Shown: piece after piece, positions 18,114-28,936 of the stretch
Layout: each line of letters starts with the position of its first letter
Numbering within the stretch: position 1 is the first letter of the stretch
Source of the DNA: an uncultured virus (IMG/VR IMGVR_UViG_3300008954_000036)
Lineage: Duplodnaviria; Heunggongvirae; Uroviricota; Caudoviricetes
DNA: 64,000 nucleotides
Virus record (IMG/VR): IMGVR_UViG_3300008954_000036
Strand: one strand, 5' to 3'
Made by a program: the position numbers and the translations under genes
The notes under the pieces: generated by a model
What the model was told of the DNA's origin: nothing
Databases searched by the model: none
What the model saw: only the letters and a program-made list of their open reading frames with translations

Positions 18114-19001
18114 ATGCCTGATACAGAAACTCAAAAAGCTAATACTCTCGGCGATCTTTCCGTAAACATAAATAGGCTTATTGATGGGGAGTCTATCGAG
18201 TCTGAGCGTAAAGACTTAGTTGCTTCTTGGTATCTCAATTCCAAGGTGTTTGAAGGGAAGTTGATTCATTCAACTAAAACCCTTGCTAAAACTATTTCTA
18301 AGAAATTAGATACTGAAATTGACCGCAAGGATATAGAACTAGATATAAGGGAAATTAAGTCTACGATTCGGACTTCCCTTTCCAACGAAGATAAGGCGGA
18401 GATAGTACAGGAACAGGTTGGGCTGATTCTTAATGAGGCACAGAAAGATAGGGGGCGGTCAGTAGAACTTTATGAGCAGTTACTTATCTCTATCGAGATT
18501 GAGCAAAAAAGGTTTGAAGAGCATAAAAGGAAAAACCCGGAACTATATGAGGGAACTGTAGAAAATAAAAAAGGCTTAGTACATCCTAGAGCAGTTTCGT
18601 TCTTTGCTACACCGATAGGTAAAAGCCTTCTATTCTATTTACAGACGCAACAACGGGTGTTATTTGAAGCCAATGATCGGGTTTCCTCGATGCTACAGAA
18701 AATTCTGGACTTTGGTAACTCAAAAGAAACAGCCGAGCATATAAACCGTATTTTGAATCAGAACTCAGATAGCGCTAAAGAGCCTCTTACGGTTGAAAAA
18801 GCTATGGAGCTTCTTACTTACAGCTCCCCTGATCAAGATATATTACCCCAAGAATCCGGGGCGGTGGATATAGATTATGATTCGTTTGAGGTTCCTAGCG
18901 AAAATTTAACCCCTGCGCTCCCCGGCCCCTTGCCCGGAAAAGCGCAATTAACGGACCTTACGGATGACCCTTTTTTGGAAGACTACCCGGAAGTAGCTTG
19001 A
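18114..19001 (+). CDS. Putative terminase small subunit
   Basis: Position directly upstream of TerL; helical composition. Confidence 0.45.
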   Translation: MPDTETQKANTLGDLSVNINRLIDGESIESERKDLVASWYLNSKVFEGKLIHSTKTLAKTISKKLDTEIDRKDIELDIREIKSTIRTSLSNEDKAEIVQEQVGLILNEAQKDRGRSVELYEQLLISIEIEQKRFEEHKRKNPELYEGTVENKKGLVHPRAVSFFATPIGKSLLFYLQTQQRVLFEANDRVSSMLQKILDFGNSKETAEHINRILNQNSDSAKEPLTVEKAMELLTYSSPDQDILPQESGAVDIDYDSFEVPSENLTPALPGPLPGKAQLTDLTDDPFLEDYPEVA

Positions 19002-19121
19002 CTTTAATATAAGCTAGAGCTTAGCCTTATATAGTCTATGATTGAATAGGCGTAGTCCGTATCAGGTGTGGCTCCTTGGTTGGCTTTTGGCTTGTCCAAG
19101 GGGCCTTGCTTTTTAGAGACT

Positions 19122-20699
19122 ATGAATCTAATCACCGATCCAAAACAACTTGCAATAATGAAAAAATGCAAGTCAAACCCTGGATTTTTCATAAATAACC
19201 ATTGCAAGATCATTGATGCTGTAAAGGGGTTAATAAGATTTAAGCTTTTTAAGTTTCAATATTACTGTCTTGCTAATTTTCTAAAATCTAGGTTTAGCAT
19301 AATCCTAAAACCTAGACAGATGGGTATTTCCTACCTTGTCTCTAATTTCTGCCTTTGGTATGCAATCTTTTTTCCATACAAAAATATCCTTATTGTCTCC
19401 CTGAGGGAAAGAGAAGCAAAACGCTTTTTAGAGAAAATTAAGATTGCTTATAAGGCGCTACCGGAATATATGCAGTTAGAAATCACTAACGGAAAAAAGG
19501 GGGATTACGGAACTACTACTTTGATGGAGTTTACTAATGGCTCTCGTATAGAGTCTGTGCCTACTTCCAAGGATGCGGGTAGGTCAGAGGGTTTGTCTTT
19601 GCTTGTGATTGATGAGGCAGGCTTTGTATCACATATTGAGGATATTTGGGCCGCTGCTAGACCTACTCTAGCGACTGGTGGATCGTGCATAATTATGTCT
19701 ACCATGAATGGTATAGGAAATTTCTTTTATCAAACCTGGACAAAGGCATTAGAAAAAGCGAACAGCTTTAACCCTATAAAGCTACACTACAAAATGTTTC
19801 CCGGAAGAGACGAAGTATGGGCGGCTAAGGAATTGGCTGATCTTGGGCCTTTGAGATATGCACAAGAGGTTTTATGTGAGGCGTTAACTTCTGGTAGAGC
19901 TTACTTTAATCTACTGTTTATGCGGGAGCAGGAGGAAGAAGTAAAAGAGAAATGGGATAAAAAGCAGCGCCCTATTGATAAGGTAATGCAATATTTTAAA
20001 GAACAGTATGCTATAGATGAGAGTAATTACATACAAAGTGGAAGCCACGGCAGGCCTCCAGTGTATCTATCAGAAGCTTTAATCAGTAAAGAGGATTTAT
20101 TGATTTGGGAGGAGCCACGCCCGGAGGCTAGATATTGCATGGGCTGTGATGCGGCTAAAGCTCTAACAGATGAGCATGATAACCAAGCATTACAAATTGT
20201 AAACTACGAGACAAATGAGTTAGCCCTAGAATACATGGGAAAAATAAGCACTAGTCAATATACTTATTTGATCATGTATTTGAGCTTTTATTACAATGAT
20301 GCGTTTACTGCTATCGAGAGTAATTCTATTGGATGGTCTATAATAGAATTATTACTAGAGCTTGGGTTTCCAGAAGATAGCCTATATACTCAGATTAAAC
20401 ACCAAAGAAAACGTAGCCAATTTGAAGAAGACCAAGATACAGAAACTTTCGGGTTTTACACTAGTCAGACTACTAAGCCTATAATACTGCAGTATTTGCA
20501 AGGCTTGTATGAAGATGGTAGCTTTAAGCAGAGATCGGTTAGGGCTATAAATCAGCACTACACTTATCATTGGCTTAATAATACGGCTATAGGTGCGTTG
20601 CCGGGTTACTGTGATGACTTAGTTATGGCATCGGCTATAACACAAGAATGCAGAAAAAAATATGAGCCTTATTTTGATGTTGGGATGAGAGTTGGTTAA
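19122..20699 (+). CDS. terL: Terminase large subunit (T4 gp17-like)
   Basis: KPRQMGIS, LLVIDEAGFV, STMNG, GCDAA and DDLVMA motifs; likely start ATG 19122. Confidence 0.92.
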   Translation: MNLITDPKQLAIMKKCKSNPGFFINNHCKIIDAVKGLIRFKLFKFQYYCLANFLKSRFSIILKPRQMGISYLVSNFCLWYAIFFPYKNILIVSLREREAKRFLEKIKIAYKALPEYMQLEITNGKKGDYGTTTLMEFTNGSRIESVPTSKDAGRSEGLSLLVIDEAGFVSHIEDIWAAARPTLATGGSCIIMSTMNGIGNFFYQTWTKALEKANSFNPIKLHYKMFPGRDEVWAAKELADLGPLRYAQEVLCEALTSGRAYFNLLFMREQEEEVKEKWDKKQRPIDKVMQYFKEQYAIDESNYIQSGSHGRPPVYLSEALISKEDLLIWEEPRPEARYCMGCDAAKALTDEHDNQALQIVNYETNELALEYMGKISTSQYTYLIMYLSFYYNDAFTAIESNSIGWSIIELLLELGFPEDSLYTQIKHQRKRSQFEEDQDTETFGFYTSQTTKPIILQYLQGLYEDGSFKQRSVRAINQHYTYHWLNNTAIGALPGYCDDLVMASAITQECRKKYEPYFDVGMRVG

Positions 20700-22135
20700 T
20701 GAAAATCTCTAATTTAGTAACTCAGTTTGCAAACCAGATCACAAAACCGGACTTCTCTTTTAGTCTCCTGGAAAAAGGAGGGGAAGCAGAGATTAAACCT
20801 ACGGTCGATTTTGACTTAATGAATATTCTTACTGAAAAATCAGTATTAATTCCTGATGTATCCCAAGCGGTAAAGAATGCTCAAAACACCGGCAATACTG
20901 ATTATACCCTTGAATATGAGTTCGAGGATTCAGTAAACACCGAGGAGAAGAAAGCTGAGATAATCGAAAAAGCGGCGGATGAGATTCGTAAATTTGCCCG
21001 GACTGTTTACCCTTCCTCAAATTTAAAGGGGTTTATTAACGATGCTATCGGTAACATTATGCGTAATGGTGCGATTGGTGTTGAATGGGTTCCAAGAAAT
21101 GACTTAGAGGGAATGCAAAAAGTATTGATTATCCCTACCTACTCAATCCGGTGGTTTAGAAAAAAGGCCGGAAAACTTGAGCTAAGGCAAAAAGTACCGA
21201 TCCGGCTTATGCTTGGACAGAGTAGAACTACCTTTAAGCAGTATATTAAACTCAATGCTAAAACTGTTATTTACAAAGCTTTGGAAACTATCGATGGAAA
21301 CCCATACGGCGTTCCCCCTTTCTTATCTGTTTTAACCCCTCTTCAAACTCAAGAAAACTTCTTTGATAACTTGAGAAAATACGTCAAGAAACTTGGGGTA
21401 ATGGGGTTTTTGAAAATTCTGTTTAGGCCTCCTGCTAAAGGAAGATCCGAGAGTGATTCTGCCTACGCCGCAAGATTGGAGAAACTACTTGATGACAATG
21501 TGGAAAAATATAGAGGTAATTTTTCTGATGGCTTAGCCGTAGGGTTCCAAAAACATCACGAAATAGAACACCAGGATATAGGAGCGTCAGGGAGCGCAGA
21601 CGGAGCATATAAGCTTAATCAGATGAATGAGGAGCAGGTGTTTTCCGCCCTTAATCAAGACCCCGCACTAGGAGGCAGAACCTACTCTACTACTGAAACC
21701 TACGCCGGGGTAGTTTATGACAAATACCTTAACGGTATGCACATGCCTCAAAGTATGATTGCCGATATCTTATCTGTAGGATTGCAGATGCACTTAATAA
21801 TGAAAGGGTTGCCAATAAAAGAAGTAACTGTAAAGTTTAAGAAAGCAAAATCCCTTACTAATAAAGTCGATGCAGAAGCTAGTTTTATGGAGCAGAAAGT
21901 TCAGCATGGTTTGTATGAAGATGGTATTACAGACCAGAATCAATATGCCGGTAATATGGGCTTTGATAAACCCTCTTTATCTGAACCTCGTTATCCCTAT
22001 GCTTCGGATGTTGAAACACAAGCTGAGTTTGATAATCAAGTAAGTAAAAGGGAGGATGAAAATGGCACAAGACAAACTAAAGACGAAAAAGAAAAAGGGG
22101 TTAAAAAATCTGAGTCAAGAACAAAGAGAAAATGA
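20699..22135 (+). CDS. Portal protein
   Basis: Coupled to terL; 478 aa; NPYGVPPF motif. Confidence 0.75.
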   Translation: MKISNLVTQFANQITKPDFSFSLLEKGGEAEIKPTVDFDLMNILTEKSVLIPDVSQAVKNAQNTGNTDYTLEYEFEDSVNTEEKKAEIIEKAADEIRKFARTVYPSSNLKGFINDAIGNIMRNGAIGVEWVPRNDLEGMQKVLIIPTYSIRWFRKKAGKLELRQKVPIRLMLGQSRTTFKQYIKLNAKTVIYKALETIDGNPYGVPPFLSVLTPLQTQENFFDNLRKYVKKLGVMGFLKILFRPPAKGRSESDSAYAARLEKLLDDNVEKYRGNFSDGLAVGFQKHHEIEHQDIGASGSADGAYKLNQMNEEQVFSALNQDPALGGRTYSTTETYAGVVYDKYLNGMHMPQSMIADILSVGLQMHLIMKGLPIKEVTVKFKKAKSLTNKVDAEASFMEQKVQHGLYEDGITDQNQYAGNMGFDKPSLSEPRYPYASDVETQAEFDNQVSKREDENGTRQTKDEKEKGVKKSESRTKRK

Positions 22136-22226
22136 AATAGAGCAACTAAAGTTTAAGAAACAAAATCTTGATGTTGACTTTATTAGGGTAAGTTCGGATA
22201 TTATTAGAGGTAGTACACAGGAGTAA
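22062..22226 (+). CDS. Possible 54-aa basic protein overlapping the portal 3' end
   Basis: GGAGG RBS; open frame MAQDKLKTKKKKG...GSTQE ending just before the protease gene. Confidence 0.35.
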   Translation: MAQDKLKTKKKKGLKNLSQEQRENEIEQLKFKKQNLDVDFIRVSSDIIRGSTQE

Positions 22227-22231
22227 TCACT

Positions 22232-23533
22232 ATGAAATTCACAAAAGAGCAAGTTATACAGTTCTTAAAAGCCCTCACAGAAGCAGGCAAAGAAGTAAGA
22301 ACTGAGAAAGAAACTAAGGCTTTAGCTACTCTTCACGGAGAAGATGGGTCTAGTTTTCAAACTACGTTTTCCCTTAGTGAGGCTGTTGTGCAAGAAGATT
22401 CGTTACCTGAGGAAACTAAGTTAACGGAAGAGGGAGTCGCTAAGTTTGAAAAAGGGCTAGACGGCTCAAAACATAAAAGAAAAATCGAGGCCGATAAAGA
22501 TAACTTTGTTTCAAAAGTTTATCGAATGCTTTCCGAGCAGGTTGTAGCCGGAATTTATGATTTTTCTCATGTCCCAGACGGTAAGAAAATTACCGCTTTA
22601 GCGCAGGCACAGAAAGATAAAAAATTCGATGATCTAAAATTCTATAAAGATCATGACCTTTCTGTGGACAAGTTGGTAGGGCTAACTACTAAATCCTGGT
22701 TCGATAATAAGAGTGAGGTTTCCGGGGTTAATACTTCGGTTTTTGTTTATAAGCCTCTGGACGAGTCTTTTGCTATTAAATTTGCAAAGGAATTTGTGGA
22801 TTCAGTTAGTGTGGGGGTTTCTTTTGAGAAGAAGCGTTCCCACGAATTTGAAGACCCCTGGGATTTTTGGTATCTGCTCGGTCACGAGGTAGATGGGGAG
22901 CTGGTTAGGTTTCTGGTAACTGAGATTAACTTTGTTCAAGAGCTGTCTTCCGTATATGACGGGGCCGATCCTTCCGCTAAAGTGGATGGTGGGTTTAGTA
23001 AGTCAGAAGCAGAAACTTTTTCTAAGCAAGAAGCTCAGGAAATGATAGAAGCAGGCACTAAGCCCCTCACTGATCAAATCACAGCCCTAACGAAAGAGCG
23101 GGACACCCTGGCAGATGACAAAGAAAATCTACAAAAACAGGTAGATGAGTTCGGTAATGCAGAAGAGTTTCAAACTCTAAAATCCGCTTACGGGGTTAGT
23201 TTATCTACTTTTGCCAAGTTTGGTTATGATGAATTTGAACGCAAAAAGAAAGAATTACTCAAGTTTTTGCGTTTGAAAGGTAAACAGAGTTTTATTCCCA
23301 CAATCGAAAAATCAGAAGATTTCAAAATGGTTTCCGATTTCTTTACTTTATACAAAGAGGAGATTGAAACTGAGTTTGCTTTGAAATGTTCGGCTTGTGG
23401 AAATGATACTACTGTAGACAGGCAATCGTCTCAAGAAGTCGAGTCGGAGCCTGTAGAGCTAACAGTTACTAGTGTGGACAAAGAGCAAGAAAAAGCTTTA
23501 GACGTATTTTGTGAAAAAGTTCACGGAAATTAA
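22232..23533 (+). CDS. Prohead protease / scaffold fusion
   Basis: KDHD...SVSVG...ELSSVYDGADPSA resembles HK97-type proteases; followed by a coiled-coil C-terminus. Confidence 0.7.
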   Translation: MKFTKEQVIQFLKALTEAGKEVRTEKETKALATLHGEDGSSFQTTFSLSEAVVQEDSLPEETKLTEEGVAKFEKGLDGSKHKRKIEADKDNFVSKVYRMLSEQVVAGIYDFSHVPDGKKITALAQAQKDKKFDDLKFYKDHDLSVDKLVGLTTKSWFDNKSEVSGVNTSVFVYKPLDESFAIKFAKEFVDSVSVGVSFEKKRSHEFEDPWDFWYLLGHEVDGELVRFLVTEINFVQELSSVYDGADPSAKVDGGFSKSEAETFSKQEAQEMIEAGTKPLTDQITALTKERDTLADDKENLQKQVDEFGNAEEFQTLKSAYGVSLSTFAKFGYDEFERKKKELLKFLRLKGKQSFIPTIEKSEDFKMVSDFFTLYKEEIETEFALKCSACGNDTTVDRQSSQEVESEPVELTVTSVDKEQEKALDVFCEKVHGN

Positions 23534-23553
23534 ACTAATTTGGAGGAATTGAC

Positions 23554-24264
23554 ATGGCTAAAAATCGAATGGTGCAGGAACGGGGCTTACAGCTTACGTT
23601 TACACCTAAAACAGGGGTAACTCTGGCGGAAAATGATCAAGTCAGCCTGTCGGGATCGAAAGAAGTTACTAAGAGTAGTAACGGCAATCCCTTAGCCCTT
23701 GGGCGAGTAATTGTCGATGCGACTGGCGTTGTTAACAACTCCAAAGTAACTGTTAGAACCGATTACGGCTCTTTGATTAATTATGTAGCGGGCGAGGCTA
23801 TTAGTGCCGGGCCTGTAATCTTGGGCGCTGATGGTAAAGTCTACGAATGGCATAGAAATACTGCTAACGGCGGGGCTACTATTACAATCGCAGGAGGAAA
23901 TGCAGCAGGAACTACTGGGAATAAGATCACGATTGACGGTGTAGACATTACGTTTAACACAGCAAACGGGGATACTCCTACAGTTACAGCTACGGCTATT
24001 ACGGCTCTTATTAATGACAATATTGAGCTAATTAATAAAGGATTGTTTGCTACCTCATCGGGGGCTGTAGTTACTGTCTCTGCTCCGGGTAAAACTGGAA
24101 ACGGAATGACAATGGCTAAGACTATTGATGCGGGGGAAACACAGACGTATACTATTCCGGCTACTATTGCCAGCGGGGTAGGGTATATTGACGCAGCTTT
24201 GCATGGATTAGCAATCGAAACCAAGGCTATTACTGAAACTGTGCAAGTTTTGGTGAAGGAGTAA
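23554..24264 (+). CDS. Head decoration/cement-like protein with an inserted beta domain
   Basis: Directly upstream of the MCP; Gly/Ala/Thr-rich. Confidence 0.55.
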   Translation: MAKNRMVQERGLQLTFTPKTGVTLAENDQVSLSGSKEVTKSSNGNPLALGRVIVDATGVVNNSKVTVRTDYGSLINYVAGEAISAGPVILGADGKVYEWHRNTANGGATITIAGGNAAGTTGNKITIDGVDITFNTANGDTPTVTATAITALINDNIELINKGLFATSSGAVVTVSAPGKTGNGMTMAKTIDAGETQTYTIPATIASGVGYIDAALHGLAIETKAITETVQVLVKE

Positions 24265-24268
24265 TATC

Positions 24269-25552
24269 ATGCCGATTAATTTAAACGTAGTTGATAAGCG
24301 GAAAACTCACGAATTCGGAGTTATCCGACAAATCGGTGATGTTACGCAGGAAGGGGAAGAGACTACAGTTAGTCTTACCGCTCCCGATGTTACGCCGAAA
24401 GAGTTCGCTAATTATGATGATTCCCATGTTTTTTATGACAAAGATCATGGAATGGTTAGTATCAAAGAAAATCTGTCTATTAAGCGGATTATGGCTAACC
24501 TTAATAAGCAGCGTAGGGAAGGGTTTCATAACTTAAGCTTGGATGAGTACCTTAAAGGGGCTAATTACAAGAACTTCAAAACTGGAGAGCCATTTACGAT
24601 TAAAGACATTTATCGTCAAATGGGTTTTAACCCCGCAAGGGACACGGTTCAGTTTTTGTTAAGCACGGATAAGGTTACCGGTTCCAGGGAGTTAGTGCCT
24701 GAAATTATTCGGGCTTTTATTACCAAAGATTTGATTGAGCAGGGGATGTGGAAAAGCCTAGTCGCTACTGAGCGCTCTATCTCACAGCCTCAAGAGGATG
24801 CTCCCCATATCAACTATTCCGGGTCTAGCGCCCAGATGGAAGAAATAGGGGAAGCTGAGCATGTACCTCTGGGTGAAGTATCTTTTGGTCGAAAGACTGT
24901 AAAGATTACTCGTACCGGGGTGGGTATTGCTCTTACTGATCCTGTTAAGCAGTATGTAACTGTAGACCAGCTTGGTATTTATTTAGCTGATGTTAGTACC
25001 CGACTTAATAATGATCTTACAAGTAAGGCTATTGATATCCTTCTGAATGGGGATAAGCCTAATTTGACTGATCCTATCGGGGCTTTAGGGGTTGATAACG
25101 TGGGGAATAAAATCAAGTACAAGGATTACATTCGTGCTTTCTTGCGCTATATGAGAACGGCTTATCGTCCTACTCAGATTATCGCAAACGAGGCCGAGGC
25201 TCTAAGGCAATTCCTTGATGCTGATTTTTCTCCTAGTGCTAACAATGCCTCGGCAAGGTTTCAGCTTAATCTGGGAAATACCAGTGTTCTTTCTAGTGCT
25301 ACGATGTGGGTTCATGATGACATTGCTAATGATAAGCAGTTGTTTCTTGACCCAAAAGCAGCTCTTGAGTATTTGGTGTCGGAGCCTATGCACGTTGAAG
25401 AGGAGAGAAAGGCTAGTATTGAAACTAACGCTTACTACATTCGTATGACGAGCGGGTTTGCTAACCTGATTCAGGCGGCTAAGTTCCTTATGGACGGTAC
25501 CCAGACGTTTGCATCAACTGGCTTTCCTTCCTACTTAGCGTTGAAAAAGTAG
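24269..25552 (+). CDS. Major capsid protein (HK97 fold)
   Basis: LVPEII...EIGEAEHVP...KITRTGVGIALT pattern; followed by a terminator. Confidence 0.8.
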   Translation: MPINLNVVDKRKTHEFGVIRQIGDVTQEGEETTVSLTAPDVTPKEFANYDDSHVFYDKDHGMVSIKENLSIKRIMANLNKQRREGFHNLSLDEYLKGANYKNFKTGEPFTIKDIYRQMGFNPARDTVQFLLSTDKVTGSRELVPEIIRAFITKDLIEQGMWKSLVATERSISQPQEDAPHINYSGSSAQMEEIGEAEHVPLGEVSFGRKTVKITRTGVGIALTDPVKQYVTVDQLGIYLADVSTRLNNDLTSKAIDILLNGDKPNLTDPIGALGVDNVGNKIKYKDYIRAFLRYMRTAYRPTQIIANEAEALRQFLDADFSPSANNASARFQLNLGNTSVLSSATMWVHDDIANDKQLFLDPKAALEYLVSEPMHVEEERKASIETNAYYIRMTSGFANLIQAAKFLMDGTQTFASTGFPSYLALKK

Positions 25553-25568
25553 AGGAATTTGTTAACTT

Positions 25569-25602
25569 AAATTAGGGTGGGGTAAAACCTGCCCTAATTT
25601 TT
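25569..25602 (+). terminator. Rho-independent terminator after the MCP gene
   Basis: AAATTAGGGTGGG...CCTGCCCTAATTTTT. Confidence 0.7.
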
Positions 25603-25614
25603 ACACCAAGGATA

Positions 25615-26079
25615 TTGACTATGTTTATTGGAATTTCAAGAATTGGAGACTTGTTCTGCAAGGAAACCAGAGTTTCTTTCGGGCCTAATTACTATACTCT
25701 TTTCTTTGATAAGAGTACGGATGTTATTAACCAAGCAATTAATAACTTTGGTAATCATGAGAATAAGTTTGGGGCAGCTATTGAGCTTATTTCGCCTGAT
25801 GATAAGGCAGACCCTAAACTTTTAAAAGCTTTGATTACCGGGTCTACTTTTCCAGGCTCCGGGGTTGAGACTGTAGACGCTCTTGCGAATGCAAACGAAA
25901 ACCAGCTTATGAACTGGATTAAAGCATTTCCTAAAGCATTTCCTAAAGAGATTGTAGATAAGCTTAAGAATAAGTATAAGACTGCTCCTTCCTGGGAAGA
26001 TCCTGAGGACGAAGACGAAGAGGGTAAACAACCTCATCCAGACCAGAAAAAAGGAAGAGGAAGGGCTAGAGCTGTGTAA
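25615..26079 (+). CDS. Hypothetical head-associated protein
   Basis: ORF between the capsid and neck genes. Confidence 0.5.
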   Translation: MTMFIGISRIGDLFCKETRVSFGPNYYTLFFDKSTDVINQAINNFGNHENKFGAAIELISPDDKADPKLLKALITGSTFPGSGVETVDALANANENQLMNWIKAFPKAFPKEIVDKLKNKYKTAPSWEDPEDEDEEGKQPHPDQKKGRGRARAV

Positions 26080-26498
26080 TGGCTGCCTCCCTGCTAAACA
26101 GAGTAACGCTTAACCTTATCGGGTTTGAGCCTTTGTTTGCAGGGGCTGCTCTGTATACCTTTAACAAGGTACTTACAGATATTATAGCTTATACTCTTGA
26201 AGACTATGGGCTTACTGAGGGTGACTTAGCGGCAGACGAAGTATTAAGGGAAGGTTTTGTATTAAGAGCTACCCTTAATGCTTTACTGCCTATAAAAACT
26301 ATCTATACCAATATACCTAAAAGAAGGCGCATAGAAGTAGGCGTAGAGTCTGAATACCAAGATTATGCTAAAACCTTAGATAGGTTGTCTGATGATCTTA
26401 AAAAAATGATCAGAGAAGTTGATGATAGGCTAGAAGGGTCTAATACTTTTATCCTAAAGTCTATAAACCCAGATACAGATGGCTCAAGTGATGCTTAG
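26079..26498 (+). CDS. Putative head-tail adaptor
   Basis: Synteny and size. Confidence 0.45.
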   Translation: MAASLLNRVTLNLIGFEPLFAGAALYTFNKVLTDIIAYTLEDYGLTEGDLAADEVLREGFVLRATLNALLPIKTIYTNIPKRRRIEVGVESEYQDYAKTLDRLSDDLKKMIREVDDRLEGSNTFILKSINPDTDGSSDA

Positions 26499-26847
26499 CC
26501 CTAGAACTAAAATAGTAACTATTCTTCACCAGCTCCGGGCTTTGGTGCCGGATGAAAAAGATAGCAATAATGAAAGCTTAATGTACGACGATGATTTTTA
26601 TGAGTCGTTAATCACTAGAACAGGGTATAATTCTAATGCTCATTATGCCTCCTTATCCGAGACACAGTATAGAAATATGGTTGTTTCTGTGTGGGCTTTT
26701 ATGGCTGGCGATCATCAAAAAATACGCAAGATGGAAGAGTTAGGCATAATCCAGGGCGAAGCTAATGTCTGGTCACATATAAGGATGCTTAAGTTCCACG
26801 GATCACAATTTGAAAAGGCTGTGTTCGGTGAAGTATCCATCCCATAG
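26479..26847 (+). CDS. Putative neck protein
   Basis: Synteny. Confidence 0.4.
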   Translation: MAQVMLSPRTKIVTILHQLRALVPDEKDSNNESLMYDDDFYESLITRTGYNSNAHYASLSETQYRNMVVSVWAFMAGDHQKIRKMEELGIIQGEANVWSHIRMLKFHGSQFEKAVFGEVSIP

Positions 26848-27166
26848 ATTTAAGCTTACAGTCCTAAAAAACGATGCTTCTGTAGTCGATCCTTGGTCTG
26901 TAGAAGTAATTTCTAAGCAGGCGTGTAACTTTCGCTCTCAGCTTGATACGGCTACACAAACAGCTAACGAGTACCAAGACTTTTTTTCGTCTAAAGGGTA
27001 TTGTGTACTAAAACTCCCCTTTACCGGGTCCGGGGCTATAGAGTCCGGGCAAAGGGCGGTAGTATATAATTCTAAAGAAGAGGAGCTAGGTAAGTTTGTT
27101 ATAAGTAAGGTAATGTCACAGGGCAGAACTATGGTTATGGGACTAGATAGAGATTCCGATGAATGA
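26810..27166 (+). CDS. Putative head closure protein
   Basis: Synteny; beta-rich composition. Confidence 0.4.
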   Translation: MKRLCSVKYPSHRFKLTVLKNDASVVDPWSVEVISKQACNFRSQLDTATQTANEYQDFFSSKGYCVLKLPFTGSGAIESGQRAVVYNSKEEELGKFVISKVMSQGRTMVMGLDRDSDE

Positions 27167-27884
27167 GCTAAATAGTATCTTATACCCGTTGATTGTTGAT
27201 AAGGCCTCAGAAGCCACTTTAAATATAGTTCAGCCTGTTATGAATTTATCAGTAATGCACAGCTTACAAACTCAGTATAAAATGCTTAAAGCTACTCAAA
27301 ACTGGCTACAAAGGAGAGAGTCTTTTCTGTATGGGGCTTTTACTGGGACAGAAGTTGCAAACACAAAAAGAGCCGGGAACCCGATAACTGGCGCAAAAGC
27401 CGGAGCTAGGGCTAGAATGCAGGCCGTGTTTAAAAGGACTAAACTAAGAAATAAGTGGGCTAAGAAAAGGAAAGGTCTTAGAATGCCTTATACAGATCAT
27501 ACCGGGCAGGCCTCTGGTAGTATAACTATAGATTCTCGGTGGGTTGGGTCCAGTAGTGGTTTAGGCTCCTCCGCAAATATTAATATAGGTATAGGCGGTT
27601 TTATCGACATGATAAAAGGGCATGAGTATGTGGAGAATCTTGATAATATATCCCGTAAAAAATATGGAAAAGGGATTATACAGTTTGCGCTACATAGAGC
27701 AAAAATTCCTATAAGGCAAAAAATTCGCTGGAAAGACTCTTATGCTACAGTTAAAAGCAGGCTCGGAGATTTCCAATTAGGAAGGAAAAAGCACGAAATA
27801 TCGAAAGCTAAAATGTTGCGTATGATTGCCACAGCTAACGCTCCCGGTAATATTAATACCAAAAATACTACTAAGATGGACTAA
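27159..27884 (+). CDS. Putative tail completion/neck protein (basic)
   Basis: Synteny; PYTDHTGQASGSI resembles the PxDTGxLxxSI motif. Confidence 0.45.
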   Translation: MNELNSILYPLIVDKASEATLNIVQPVMNLSVMHSLQTQYKMLKATQNWLQRRESFLYGAFTGTEVANTKRAGNPITGAKAGARARMQAVFKRTKLRNKWAKKRKGLRMPYTDHTGQASGSITIDSRWVGSSSGLGSSANINIGIGGFIDMIKGHEYVENLDNISRKKYGKGIIQFALHRAKIPIRQKIRWKDSYATVKSRLGDFQLGRKKHEISKAKMLRMIATANAPGNINTKNTTKMD

Positions 27885-28297
27885 TGGCTACCGGGGATTT
27901 AGAGACTAAAGTATTAACAGCCTTAAAAGCTGATGGTACTCTAACTGCTCAAGTTCTGGCTTCTGGTATGTTTGATGCCCAGGTTCCGGCTAACACTAAA
28001 TTAACAACCCCTTATTTAATAATTTCTAGCGATACTAGAAATGTAGGCCCACAAGGTACTAGAATAGGAGAGGGCCTTTTAGAGATAATTATATTTGATA
28101 AGGCTAATAATTATTCTAGGATAAATTCAATAATTGAAGATTTGATTAGAATTTTACATGATAAACATTTTATAATCACAGGGAGCTACTTCTGTTTTTT
28201 ATCTCATGAAGCAGTTTCTATCATGCCGGTGGATGAGGCGAGACAAAGCTTAATATCAAAAAATTGTGTTTTTTCCATTCACGAATCACATTCTTAA
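27884..28297 (+). CDS. Putative tail terminator
   Basis: Directly upstream of the major tail gene; FDAQVP...PYLII. Confidence 0.5.
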   Translation: MATGDLETKVLTALKADGTLTAQVLASGMFDAQVPANTKLTTPYLIISSDTRNVGPQGTRIGEGLLEIIIFDKANNYSRINSIIEDLIRILHDKHFIITGSYFCFLSHEAVSIMPVDEARQSLISKNCVFSIHESHS

Positions 28298-28309
28298 AAG
28301 GAGTTTGAA

Positions 28310-28855
28310 ATGACAACTAGAAATATTTTGGTTTTCGGTGTTAGGGATTTGAAAATTCAAGCTGTAGCTACCGATCCTGAGGGCAATAACCCTATGACTT
28401 ACCCTAATGTTGCGGGGAGTATTATCAGTATTCATGGTATTAATAATGCTAATTTAACCCTGGAACAGGAAGAGGTCGAGGCTAGAGGAGATGACGTTGT
28501 TCAAGGCATAGTAGCCACCCCTGCTAATGTACGTCTTGATTTAGGCAACGCTCAGCTTAATCTCGATGCTATGGGTGTTTTGTTTGGGGGGGCTAAAACC
28601 GATGTTTCCCCAGATGAAATTTTTACGATGGACGGTAGAACATTCGGCCAGTATTTTAGAGCTGAATTTATTGCGCTTACTGATGATGGTAAGCAGTTTA
28701 AAGTAGAGATTGCCAAGATGAAAGCCAGTCAATCTACTGCCCCTTTCGCCGATAAGCAGTTCGCTTCGCCTACTTTCCAGGCCAGAGGCGTACCGCCTAA
28801 AGGCAAAGGTGCAAGTGCTACGCCGATGCTTAAAATGACTTATACCTATGGGTAA
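28310..28855 (+). CDS. Major tail (tube) protein
   Basis: FGVRDLKI...ARGDD pattern; strong RBS; followed by a terminator. Confidence 0.7.
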   Translation: MTTRNILVFGVRDLKIQAVATDPEGNNPMTYPNVAGSIISIHGINNANLTLEQEEVEARGDDVVQGIVATPANVRLDLGNAQLNLDAMGVLFGGAKTDVSPDEIFTMDGRTFGQYFRAEFIALTDDGKQFKVEIAKMKASQSTAPFADKQFASPTFQARGVPPKGKGASATPMLKMTYTYG

Positions 28856-28878
28856 GTCTTAGTATTAGTTACTAATAA

Positions 28879-28919
28879 GTAGGTAGGGTTGGCTTTAGGG
28901 CTGCTCTGCCTATTTTTTT
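28879..28919 (+). terminator. Terminator after the major tail gene
   Basis: TAGGTAGGGTTGGC...GCTGCTCTGCCTA followed by a T tract. Confidence 0.6.
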
Positions 28920-28936
28920 ATATAAGGAGATTTTGA